Of a stretch of DNA of 64,000 nucleotides, positions 1 through 11,780 are shown piece by piece. A program made the translations under genes and the position numbers. Numbering within the stretch: position 1 is the first letter of the stretch; each line of letters starts with the position of its first letter. The stretch is from the NCBI RefSeq assembly GCF_009914755.1, contig NC_060932.1. One strand, written 5' to 3'. The notes beneath the pieces were generated by a model. That model was not told the DNA's origin. It made no database searches and was given only the letters and a program-made list of their open reading frames with translations. The stretch comes from the human T2T-CHM13v2.0 reference genome, Homo sapiens.

Positions 1-789
1 GGCAGTAACATATTTGATTAACCTTCAGTATACCAGAGATTCCTAACAATCCTCAGCTGAGCATTATTGCTGTAGCCAAAGCAGGAACTCCTCTGAACCA
101 AAGAAGGTCTATTGACATCATGCTCAGGTAGTCGGTCAGGTAGATTGATTGCTCATCCACTCCTAACTCAGGTGGATTGTCCACATCTGGACGACCTCAT
201 CCCTGGTCACTGTCAAAGCCACTAGTTGAGTGAAGACAGGGAGTTGGTGTCATTCAAGACTAAATGATCACCAGACTAAATTAAATTATGTGTTCGTAGC
301 ATCCCTAAATCCCCTTCTCAGTACAGAAATTGTCTTGCGTGTTAGACACAATTTTATTTGGAACTGGCAATGAATTTTTTTCCTGGCTCTCACCCTTCAA
401 CCAATTGGTTAACTCCTATTTCTTCTTCAGATTTCTGTTCAGAAAACACATCTTCAGGAAAATCACCCCTGACTCACCCAGGCTAAGTCACAAGCTTTTG
501 TTATAAGGTCTCATCACACCATATGCCTCTCTTTCAAAACCAGCACCTGCAGAAATGTAAGTGTACATTGATTTATGTAAGTATTTGAATTATGACTGTT
601 TTTGTATATGTCCATGAGCTCCCTGAAGGCAAGTACTTTGTCTGCTTCCGCCTGTTTCATAACTATCATGCCTAACACACAATAACCTCTCAATTAATAG
701 CCAAGTTTATTAGCAAAAAAAATTGACTGAAAAAGTGAATGAACGAAAATGTTGCTACCAACATAGGCATTATAATGAGATGATATCAG

Positions 790-1195
790 TGATCTGAGCT
801 CTGAACAAATTTATTCTTCTCTTCCTGGGTACATACCTGAATTATATTATTTCCCAATCTCCTTAGAGTTAAAATATAGTGATGTGACTTTTGAGACATG
901 TGACTTCCAGGTCTGGCCCTGGAATCTCCAACATGTGCTTCTTCAAGCCCCTTTGCCCTTTTGGCTAGCTGAGATTAAAATCACCATAGCAATCTTAGAA
1001 GCAGATGTTAAAGATGACTTAGTTCTGTCAGCCTAGGTCCCTCAATGAGCACATGGAGCAGAATCACCCAACAACATATTCAGCCATCTTCAGAACTGTT
1101 AAATTGAACAAGAAAGAAATTTCTGATAAGTGTGAGCCTTTATGTATATGGAATTTATTTGTTATATCAGTTAGGGTTACTTGAAGTAATACAAC
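790..1195 (+). mobile_element. Old MaLR (MLT1-like) LTR
   Basis: CTGGGTACA...TATTTCCCA start and GGAATTTATTTGTTATATCAG...TAATACA end typical of MLT1 LTRs. Approximate. Confidence 0.5.
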
Positions 1196-2379
1196 TCTTC
1201 CCAGTGATCCTCAACTAGAAAAGAATTTGGAGGGCATGTTAGAATCTCATGGGAAAAGGGGCAGTTGGAAAAATCTTCCGAAGTATAATCACTGTCTTAT
1301 GTACTTTACAATAAACGCAGAAATTTAAAGACATATTTGACTAGATGAAAGGATTTGTGGAGGTATGGAACACACACATTCACCCACATGTGTGGACATA
1401 GAAGGCAGATACAACAAAAATTACGGTTCATCACCAATAGTGGCAGAGGATGGGTTTCGAGCCACTTCCTTTCAAACCAACCACAACGTCATAAGTGATC
1501 ACCATCATTCTAGTTCCTGTGAAGAAGAGAGAGCTGTGGAAAAAATGCTTTATGCCCTCAAAAGAGACAGCACAAAATTTCAGTTTAAAAGGCTTGCCTC
1601 CTATGTGATTCACTAGCAATGAAACCTTGGAAAAATTATTTCACCCCTCTTTTCCTTCATTTGTTAAAAGAAAGTGTTTAAATTTGCAACTCAGCATTGT
1701 TTTAATGTTATATGATTCAATTTATATAAAGGGTCTTGTGGAGAGGACATAAAAGTACATCAAGGATTATAGCCAAATGTTTCTTATGCTGGAACAGAGT
1801 TAGGTACAAAGGGTTATAGAAACATAGCCTGCCAGGTTGAATAGTAAAGAGGAGGGACAGAGAAGACTTGTAGTAGGAAATAATCCCTGATTCCAGGGCC
1901 AAATGTGGGATTCAAATAATGGAGGCCCTAGCAATTCCGAGGTGATCAGGTGGACTTTCCTGGATGTTCTGGGTCTTGACCTGATTGCTGAAAAATGAAT
2001 ACAAATTCAGAGAAGAAGAAAGCTAGTATGAGACTACCAAATGATCATCAGACATTTCTTGAACACCAATTAAATTGCTAGGTATGCTAAAGTTTGCAAA
2101 ACTGGTATAGACACCAAGAGGGAGGTATCAACAGAGACTCCCCAAGAGCTAAGAGGAAACCACCTTGGACTGGAAGTCAAGAGCCAAAATTCTAGACTCT
2201 ACTCTGTAATTAACTACCTATTTGAATTTGGAAAAATCACCATCAACTTTCCCAGCCTCGTTCTCTGCATCTGGGAAATGAAGGCGTCGTCCAAATGATT
2301 ACAAGCTTCTTTTCCTGCTCTTATTGCATGATTCCACTTCCACAGCCCTCCAGCATTTTTTAGCAGCTGCATCGCTCCA

Positions 2380-2710
2380 TAGAGCCTGCAGAGGGCACTA
2401 GACTGGGAATTAGAAAACCTGATTTCCCTTCCAGCTCCATCTCTGACCAATTGCCTGACCCTGGTCAAATTGCTTAACCTCTTCCTATCTCAGCTCCCTA
2501 TCCATAAAACAGAGGGACGAATAAACTCTCCTCCTACCACTAAGAGGTGTAGCCAGAGTTAATACCCTCATCGTCCTTTGAGCTCAGCAGATGAAAGTCA
2601 CTGAGAAAAGTACAAAGAATTTTTATGTGCTATTGACTTTATTTTATTTTATGTGGGGGAGGGAGCCGGCCCCAGCTGGAAAGCTGCTTTCTCTGAATCA
2701 AAGGGCAGGA
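2380..2710. promoter_or_regulatory. Core of the MYC-335 WNT/TCF7L2 enhancer containing rs6983267 (T allele at 2598)
   Basis: CCTTTGAGCTCAGCAGATGAAAG[T]CACTGAGAAAAG at 2575-2610. Inverted TCF-like sites CCTTTGAG (2575-2582) and ATGAAAG (2591-2597), perfect ATCAAAG (2697-2703), CDX-type CCATAAA (2502-2508). Confidence 0.92.
2382..2400 (+). promoter_or_regulatory. CTCF consensus motif
   Basis: GAGCCTGCAGAGGGCACTA closely fits the CTCF core CC[A/G/T]SYAGRKGGCRSY. Confidence 0.7.
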
Positions 2711-5700
2711 ACCCAGCAAGTTTCTCAGGATTGGGGCCTTAGACTGGGCTGTGTATACAGACAGTGCCAGCCAACCCCACAGTTCAGTTTCCTTTAACCT
2801 GGTGCTCCAGGCAATAACTGTGCAACTCTGCAATTTAACAATGTGTTCTTTGTCCCACAACTGTTCTCGTTTCTCAACTGCCCAGGTAATATGTTTGGGC
2901 CTGTAGGAAGAGTCAAATAGTTAATAAGGGAAGGGTTTGGCATGCCCTACGTAAGTTCTACCAGCAAGTCCCAACAAGAAGGCATTCTGTGTCTCCTGAT
3001 TCCTGACCTACCCCCAAAATGTACAAATGTACAAGGAATGAGCCCACTTTCCCAGCAGGCTGTAATACCAGTTTGGCCTATATCAATGCATTGGTGAGCT
3101 GTGTTTTGTTTATGGTTTTATGCCATCTATTTTCCCATGGATATTATGTTTTCTAAAGAGCCCTTAAGTTTACGTCAGCTTTTAAAGCTACCAGCAGCAC
3201 CATTTCAGTTCATATTAAGCCCTTAATATGGTATGAATAGGAGAGCTATTAGACTAAAGAGCCATAATCATCCCTGAGGAAAACATCCATCACCAACATT
3301 TATGTGGTCCCTGAACTTCTAAAAGGTGTCATCTCTCTGGGGTGTATCTGGTGAGAGCTTTCTCTGGGAGATGCCAAAAAGCCAATGCATTAGATGAAGC
3401 TTAGAAGGGCATTTTCTAACCATTACAAATTGCCTAGTCTAGCATCTCAATTTCATCTACGTGAAGAGCCTTAATTAAATTTGTTGGGGTTTGATCCTTT
3501 ATCCCCAGATGTGGCGCTGACAGAGATTGCTTACATAAATAATGTGTGCTCCAAGTGCTTGCCAGGCTCCTGGCTCAGCTGGGACAGCTGTAGCTTTTTG
3601 AATGTCATTCCCAAGATATCCTGCAGGTGTTCAGCTTCCCCTGTTCTACTCTGGGAAGAGAGCCGTGGGCAACATCAGCCCAGAAGACACTAGTGCATCT
3701 TGACAGAGCATTCCCACTGGACAGGTGCACTACCTGCAGACACCTCCAACAGTGAAAGCACCCCCCGGCTGCAAGTATTGTCTCGCCAAATGGAAGGCAT
3801 TTCTTGTATGAGTCTTGAATCTGATATTCTTTAATAAGACTTTCTCTAAAACTGTATACACACACGCACCTGAAAACGTTATCAGGCTTTTACTTATTTG
3901 ACAGTAATATTCCAGGAAATGGTCCAAGTAGCAAAATCTTCTCTCAGTGGCTTTCTCGTTCCTCATGTCTGACTTGCTTTCCTGCTGTCTACTGGAGCCA
4001 ACAAGAGAGGCATTCTCACTCTGGAAGTTGTTAGTTCATTACAGCCTAGGTTGATCTCATCTGGCTCTGGTTGGGGGTTTTATTCTGAAGATTGGCTGGT
4101 AAAAGCCTCCACAAAGTCTTAGCTAGAACATTCATAGCCCTGTGTTGACTTCCGCCTCAACTCTGGCTTGAACTTAGCTGACGGCCCTATCAGTTTGCTC
4201 AAAGGAGCTTTTTTGCTGCAGGCAACAGAAAGGAGTGGAAAGAACACACTCATTGGAACCCAGGAGATCCAGGCTCGCCTCTGGCTCTAGGACTTGCTCA
4301 TCATGTGATATCAGATACATGACTTCATCGCTGAGTCTCAGTTTCCTTATCTATGAACCGGGGATATTCATACCTTCTTCACAGGACAAGAGAGGCACAT
4401 ACAAGTTCATATCTGTCCCTCTATTTCAAGTGATTCTCCCACATCAGAACCAGTTTGGCTTCCCCGGCCTGGTCTTCTTTCAAAGGATGCACAAGGCCAT
4501 TTACAACTGGCCTGAGGAACAGAAGAAAAACTTTGGCAAAGCCGTTGCAGATAAAACAAGGATGAGACACAAAAGCAATTTTTATTCTTTTTCTGGTTGA
4601 AATCCAATCAAGGAGAAGAGTGCTCCTTTGATTCTGTATGCTATTATTATGCCCAAAGCTGAGAAACTAGTGTTTGCCCAACACATTAGAGTTCACGTGA
4701 CGAGCCCATATCTATGATGGTGTTTGATACCCAGGCTTGATTAGTAAGACTAAAAAAATTGCCACCACTGCACAAGTGAGGACAGTAAACCTCAAAGGAG
4801 TCAAATAACAGCCTGAAGTTTATGTAGGTGGATCAAAGAAACAAGGCTAGTCTATGAATCCAAATCTGGGGTGCCTTCTCCTCTTTTATTGCCTCTCTTG
4901 CTCCCATTGGCCTGCGGGCATTCATTATATACTTCAGTTTGTTAAATGTTAGGAAGAAAATCTAAAAAGTAAATTGCTAACACAAAGCAAACAAATGAAA
5001 ATTCCAAATTGATAGCCTGTTTTCTAGCACAAAAACGACATTATGTCATATAAAAAGCTGACACCACCTGCATTGCTAGTTCCCTCTATCACCCCTTCTT
5101 TCTGACCCTCTCTTTAGACATAAAAAGGGCTGGTCATTTTTAAATGATCCCATGATCCCTGGACTCTTTGACTTCTCAAGGCTTAGACTCGTGCTTCCTG
5201 GAATGTCCTTCATTCCTCTCAGGCTGGTACATTCCAAGTCTCCCTTCAGCACACAGCCTACATGTGAAGAACATGATCGCAGCCCTCCAGCAAGGCCGGG
5301 TGAAAAGAACCACTGCCTTAGAACCCTGCAGATGCAACTTTGGTAAGAGCCCTTAGTCCTAGGTTTGGGACCCTGGGAAGATTGCTTTACTTTTCTGAGA
5401 ATCAAGGGAAAAGTATACTGTCCCTCCAGCAGTGATGGAAGATTAAACAAGAACATATATAACAACAGCACAGCATTGCTACTCAGTACCACTCAAGAAT
5501 TGCTACTCTACTTCCCCTCCTTCCTGCTTCCTCTGTTCTCCAGAAAAATCCTATATGCCCACCAATTATAGTGCTAATCACACCGTATTGCAATCATCTG
5601 TGTCCTTTTCACTAGACTGCTAGTAAGTTCCTCAGTGACATGAAAACAGACATTTTTATCTCCATGCCCCAGAACTCAGCTGGACATTCATTAGGCATTC

Positions 5701-7705
5701 AATACATGGTGAATGAAGAAGCCATATAAGAGCAGGAAGTTATACAGAAAATGTTTCCCTTTCTTTGCCTAGGAAAAAAAGTATGTTATCTCTGATTTCT
5801 TTAAACCAGCTTTGTCTGAACTTTTTGAACTTCAGGTGGCTTTAAATGTTGGTTCTAACTGGACGGCTCAAGCCAGCACGGATATCTCCATCAGGAATTT
5901 CCCATCCACATTCCACAAGCAACTGTGTCTGTGCACAAAGTTGGAGGGTAAATATCTGAGTAGAGTTCCTCCTTCCTGGATCTGCCAGCCCAGCATGCAT
6001 ATGGCTCAACAGTTCTTAAGCTGGGCCAAGAATCCACACATTATAAAACTGACATGAAAATAGGCACTAGCCAGATGGAATGGAAATCAAGCAGCAGATC
6101 TAAGGGAAGCAGGGAATGGAACCAAAGAACAGTTCTCTGCCTCTCACCCCTTTGTGTCCATCTTGTGAAAATCTAAGCTCATTTGAGATCATTAGAGGGT
6201 GGGTGACCACAAAGCCATGAATTATTTACCCTCTCTTTACATCAGTTTCCTCATCAATGAAATGCAGGAATAATATTCTCCATAAAATAGGGATATTATG
6301 TGGTGGCAATATCCTCACCCCATCAACTATTTATTTGGATTAGGCTTTCCCTGTGCAGATCCAGCCTTGAGTGACATCTACCCTAATTGCAAAATAACTC
6401 TGAGAACATTTCATGAGTACCATTAGGCACCATTGCCTCCTGCGTAACCCCATGAATAGGACCATTGCATCATGTCACTGTTTCTTACCCCACTATGTGG
6501 GGCTGTTTTCTTCTATCCTAAAATAAGATGTTGCAGGATAAAGATGCACCCTCTATTTAGTGACGGAAAAATGCTGGGATTCTTTCTAGGACAGCAGCAT
6601 TCCAGGGACAGGGGCCTTGAGGAATAGAGGGACTTATTATAAACTCTAGAATGCCAATTTCAGAAAAGGTGTGTGGCATAAGTGTTTCTATGGTTTAGAA
6701 GAATACTTGGTGAATTATGGAGTATGAATTAGAGGAGGGAGATGGTGGTTGCTGAGAGATTAATTAAAAAGTTTTTCTATAGATCAGAATGAGAGACGAT
6801 AGGATCCTGATTTAGGCCACTAGCAAAAGGGGGAAAAAGGAGAGTGAAATATGTATACTTTGAATGTAAAAGCTGCATGGTTTGGGGACCAAATTTACAA
6901 ATGGGAATACAGTAGAAAGGGAAAAGAAGCAAAATAGCTTATCTTAACACAATTAAATATATTCCAAGCCTCCTTTCCCTAAGAAGCCAGGATAAACTCA
7001 CCTATTTGTGACAAATGTTTTGTCAAGATAATATTTGTTCAATAAGATTTCCTTCTTAAGATATTTTATCATTTAACTCACCCCCAGAAGAACAGAATTA
7101 AATAGTAAAAGTGATTTGGTCATTAAACAAGAGGGTTAGACTGATCACACCAGCTCTTGAAAGTCATTTCTGTAGTTAATCATATAAGAACGTTGACTCC
7201 TTAGAATGGTTGAAATGGTAGTATTCCACTCAGAAAAGCCTAATCTAATCCTGGAGCACCAAGGTTACGAACCTGAGGCCAAGGTTTTAAATTCCAACTC
7301 ACTCAGGACGAGTACTTTGTAGAGACTTCATCCCTGACCTAGGTGGGCCATCTCCAAACAGAACCTTTGGACAGTTCCGTGGTCAGCTTTTATCTTGCAT
7401 TTTAGTAAAATAGAAACAGTTGTCTTATGTGTGTAGCATTTAAACATTCTAGAAAAAAAGAAGAAAAAAACTGGGTTCAAAAGCAGTGGAGTTGGTGTAT
7501 AGAAAAAAAAAAAGCATAAACCTCAGGATTCCTCATAAATTCCATAGGATTCTCCTAGGTAATAAGAAAGAAAAATGAAGGAGAGGGAGATTATCACTGG
7601 ATATGTTTGGACACAGGGCTTTGGAAAGCTGATCGGATTGATGTGTCAGTCAGGCTCTTAGCAGGCAATAGGAGCACACCCAAATTAGGGCTCTTTGAAG
7701 GGAAC

Positions 7706-7737
7706 CACTGCACTCTAGCCTGAGCAACAGAGTGAGA
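7706..7737 (+). mobile_element. Severely 5'-truncated Alu 3' end
   Basis: CCACTGCACTCTAGCCTGAGCAACAGAGTGAGA followed by a purine tail. Confidence 0.75.
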
Positions 7738-7738
7738 T

Positions 7739-7898
7739 GAAAGAAGGAAGGGAAGGGAAGGGGAGGGGAGGGGAGGGGGAAAGGGGGAAGGGGAAGGAAG
7801 GGAAGGGAAGGAAGGGGAAGGGGGAAAGGGGGAAGGGGAAGGAAGGGGACGGGGAAGGGGAAGAGGAAGGGGAAGGGAAGGGAAGGGAAAAGAAAAGG
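7739..7898 (+). repeat. (GGGAA/GGGGAA)n polypurine tract
   Basis: About 160 bp of purines with a single C at 7850. Confidence 0.95.
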
Positions 7899-8996
7899 CA
7901 CTATTTACCAAGTGTGAACAGGACCCCAGGAAATCTTAAGAATATTGCAGTACCCCAGGGTTCATTATAGATTTATACATCAAGGCTAGAAGGGGAAAGT
8001 GGATAGAGTATTTACTGAAACCTGGAGTCAAAGAGGGCCCAGTGGAGAAAGGAGCCTAGAGCTTTGGTCAAGGTTACCCTGCAGGGAGGGAGCATGTGAG
8101 TCATCTTTCCAACTCCACTCACCTACTCCCTTCAGTCTTCTGTTAGTGCTCACCCTTGTCTGAACCCAGGTAGACATCAGAGACATGAGAACCTGTTGAT
8201 TTAGTCCATACAGGTCAGTCTCCTGGGGAATAGAGCAAGGTAGAGGAGAGTGGAAATGGCATCAGAGAACTGAATGGAAGATACACAGCTCAAATGCGTT
8301 CCTGAGAACCCTTACATTCTATGACATCCTAGTTAATGTGCACTGGGTTGTACCAAAAGCTGCGCCTATTCAGCAGCAGTTCTCAGGCTGATGTGATGGT
8401 AGACATATGCAGTGAGATTCTCAAAGAATGTTTTTGGGGTAATTCAACTGTAATAGCAGATTTCAGAATTTTGTTTATAATCCTAATGAATGGCAAAGAT
8501 CCTCTATGATTTAAGGGGAATTTTGCTTTAACATCCACTACTCTACAACACATCTGTGGATTGGGGCTGGCCAGGTAGTATTATACTCATTTTCCAGATG
8601 AGGAAACACAGCAATCTCTTTGCCCATCTTAGTTCACAAAGCTCAGTGAAAACTTGTCCCTGGGTTCTGTGCCATGAATGCCAATGGCCTAGGTCTACTT
8701 CTTAGCTTGCCTTGGGGGAAATAAATTGAAAACAATGATTTCTCTGAGGAGCTACTTGTAGGAAACTCATCAGCTTTAGTTTCAGATACTTGAATAAGAC
8801 GCTAGTGTCTCATTCAGCAAGTCCATCTATCATCCAACATTTTTGTAACCCTCCCTTCTGCAAGATACTTTGCTAGCAAATGAGTGGAAAGAAGAGGTGA
8901 GGAGTGTTAGGATTTGGAGACTTGGTAACAGCATATCAGATAAAAATCTTGTCCTGCCCAGTGGGAATTTACAGAAAAAAGAAAGAAAAAAAGGAA

Positions 8997-9195
8997 AGAA
9001 AAGACACCATTTACCAAGTGAACAGGACCTCAGGAGACCTTAAGAATATTGCAGTACCCCAGGGTTCATTATAGATGTATACCTCAAGGCTAGAAGGGAC
9101 AAATGGAGAGAATATTCACTGGAACCTGGAGTCAGAGAGCCAGGTAGAGAAGGAACTGAGAGCTTTGGCCAAGGTTACCCTGAAGGGAGGGAGCA
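8997..9195 (+). repeat. Direct duplicate of 7891-8094
   Basis: Colinear ~200-bp match including a 38-bp identical run CTTAAGAATATTGCAGTACCCCAGGGTTCATTATAGAT. Confidence 0.9.
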
Positions 9196-9204
9196 GTTGA
9201 TTCT

Positions 9205-9539
9205 AATGGAGAACTAACCCAGAGGCTCATCAACAGGAGAGTGGAAAATAAATGGTGATATATCCATATAATGAGTAGTATACAACAATAAAGGGAATAA
9301 ATTACTCAGGCATGCTGCAATATGGGTAAATCTTAAAAATAAATTAAGCCAATGAAACCAGACCCAGATATATACTGTATAATTCAATTTCCATGAAATT
9401 CAAGACCAATCAAACTAATCTCTGTTGATAGAAATTATATTAGTTATCTCTTGATGTGGAGACTGAGTTGGAAGGACCATTGAGGACACTTCCGGGATGG
9501 TGGAAATGCTTTATATTTTTGACTCAGTTGTGGTTGCAT

Positions 9540-9575
<36 letters not shown>

Positions 9576-9655
9576 GCAAGAGAAAAATCATCAAGTGGCA
9601 TCTATAAAATTGGTGCAATGCATGTTTATAAATTAGATCCTAACATTTAAAAATA
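9205..9655 (+). mobile_element. Ancient L1M(E)-type 3' end with internal (TA)n at about 9542-9572
   Basis: AAATAAATGGTGATATATCCATATAATG...AAACTAATCTCTGTTGATAGAA motifs of L1ME 3' UTRs. Confidence 0.6.
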
Positions 9656-10837
9656 GAACAGGAAATGCTACAGTGAAACATGCATAGTGATTAAAATGCT
9701 GTCCTTCCAGCAGTTTTCTTCTCCACATGAGTAATGCCCTGAGAGCCTTATGCATGTGTTTTGGGGAACTGAACTACATGGTTGTAAAGAGCATGGGCTT
9801 TGCTGAGTGACAGATGTAGCTCAAATTCTAGCTCTATCACTTCTTAGATGTGTGACCTTGAACAAGTCATATAACTTCTCTGAGCCTGAGTTTCCTCCTT
9901 GGTAAAATCTACCTCCAACATATAGTGTTGTTGTGAGAATTAAGTAATAAAATGAACGAAAGAACTTAGCCAACTTCCGGGAACATTCTATGCTCTCAAT
10001 AAATATAGGCTACTGGTTATTATCATTGTTATAAATGCTGCTTTTCTGCCCTCTGCTCCACTTTACCTGCAGTGAGGACAATTCAGAGAGAGAAAAGGAG
10101 GGTGGACAGAGGGAATGGATAGTATCTGTGAATTTTCTTTTCTTTTGCTTTTCCAGCAGTTTCTTATAGGGCACGTTTGAGGCTGACTGCAGTGGAAGAT
10201 GTAACTTACTGGACATCATAGGGACATGGTGCATCCTGTCCCTATGATGCACCATGCCTGGCCTGCGGGCCTTCTTAATATGCAGGTCAATGGCCAGTGC
10301 TGCTGTCCCCCTGCACGCAGACTTGTCACAGTGGCACTGTGGGGCTCTGCTGGACTCATCAGTGGCTCCCTCACCCACAGCCTTCACAACTCTGACTGGA
10401 ATTCTTCGCAGAGCCAGGGCACCTAAAGGCAAAAGGTGAGGCCCCCGTGGTGTCTGCCAGCCAGTTGCTTCCATAATAGAGTATTGATCTCCACCAGAAG
10501 AGTTTCGAGCCCTGTACACCTAGCATTGGCCATTAAAGGCAGGCTTCTGCAGATGGTAAATCCATCAGCTACCAGTTTGACATTAACAAGCAATTACAAT
10601 GCAGTCCCTGTGTTAGCTCCACTAGGGGATATCAGAGTGATTGCTTCAAGTGGAGAAAGATGGGGGAAAAAATTTGATCAGTCCAGAGTGCTTCTCTAGA
10701 ATTCAGGCCACTGAGGGTGAGACTATATGGTGTAGCAGAATGAGCACTCGACTCTGAGTTAGGAAATAAGGGAGGCTATTACTAGTGATCTATATCCATC
10801 ACTTTCCTTCTGTGAGCCTTTCTGTCTTGTTTCTAAA

Positions 10838-11240
10838 GCAGTGGTTCTCAAGCCTGGCTTCACATTAGAATCACCTGGGAAGATTTTCAAGCTCCCAGTA
10901 CCAAAACTATGCATCAAACCATTATATCACAAACTCTGAGGGCAAAACCAAATATCCACAGTTTTTAAGGCCCTTCAGGAGCTTTCAATTTGCAGGCATA
11001 GTTGAAAACCTTGAAAATATCTGGAGACAGGTAGCTGAAATTAGTGATCCTTAAGGTAGTAATGCATGACTTTCAAGAACGTGAATCCTTCAGGTGCAAA
11101 TCATCTGAGGATCTTGTTACAATGCAGGTTCTGACTCAGTAGTTCTGACTTAGTAGGTGAGAGATCCTGCAGTTTTATAAAAGCAACCAGTGGATAGAGC
11201 CGCTGCTGGTCCTGGGACAACATTTTGAGTAACAGGAGCA
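10838..11240. mobile_element. MER5-type hAT-Charlie DNA transposon fragments
   Basis: CAGTGGTTCTCAAGCCTGGCTTCACATTAGAATCACCTGGGA start, with a second degenerate copy at about 11080-11240. Confidence 0.6.
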
Positions 11241-11280
11241 AAAAGGTACCTTTTCTGTCAAAAATTTGAAAAGCCCAGTG

Positions 11281-11780
11281 CAGCACTGTCTAATAGAACT
11301 TTCTGCACTGAGTACAGTAGTTCACGCCTATAATCCCAGAACTTTGGGAGGCTGAGGCAGGCAGATCACTTGAGGCCAGGAGTTCGAGACCAGCCTGGCC
11401 AATGTGACGAAACCTCATCTCTACTAAACATACGAAAATTAGCTGGGCACAGTGGCACACACCTGTAGTCCTATTTACTCGGGAAGCTGAGGGATGAGAA
11501 TTGCTTGAGCCTGTGAGGCAGAGGTTGTAGTGAAAAGAGATCGTGCCACTGCACTTCAGCCTCCGTGACAGAGCAGGACTGTTTCAAAAAAAGGACTTTC
11601 TGCACTGATGGAAATTTACTATGTCTGTGTTTTCCAATATGGTAACGAGCAGCAACATGTGACTACTGAGCACTTGAAATGTGGCTAGTGCAACTGAGGA
11701 ACTGAATTTTAAATTTTTATTAAATTTTAATTAATTTAAATTTAAATAGCCACATGTGGCGACTTGATATCACAAGTCTA
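11281..11780 (+). mobile_element. MER3 DNA transposon interrupted by an Alu
   Basis: CAGCACTGTCTAATAGAACTTTCTGC ... GAGCACTTGAAATGTGGCTAGTGCAACTGAGGAACTGAATTTT. Confidence 0.75.
11310..11592 (+). mobile_element. Alu (old J/S type)
   Basis: Dimeric Alu with near-TSD ACTTT(T)CTGCACTGA on both sides. Confidence 0.92.

Larger units (their letters stand above)
1937..3688 (+). ncRNA. CCAT2: CCAT2 unspliced lncRNA (about 1.75 kb) spanning rs6983267
   Basis: Begins CCGAGGTGATCAGGTGGAC as recalled for CCAT2 and contains the rs6983267 context at nt 662. No long ORF. Boundaries are from recall of the annotation. Confidence 0.85.
7640..8292 (-). mobile_element. ERVL LTR33-like solo LTR interrupted by an Alu 3' fragment and purine tract
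   Basis: GTCCATACAGGTCAGTCTCCTGGGG...GGAAGATACACAGCTCA resembles the reverse complement of the LTR33-type start. Subfamily is from recall. Confidence 0.45.

Noticed and set aside
7594-7970. Pro/Ser-rich and Gly/Glu/Lys-rich ORFs
   Set aside because: Translation of the polypurine repeat and Alu fragment.
10010-10519. 169-aa minus-strand ORF
   Set aside because: Non-ATG start, no recognisable domain, and it runs through a simple A-rich tract.
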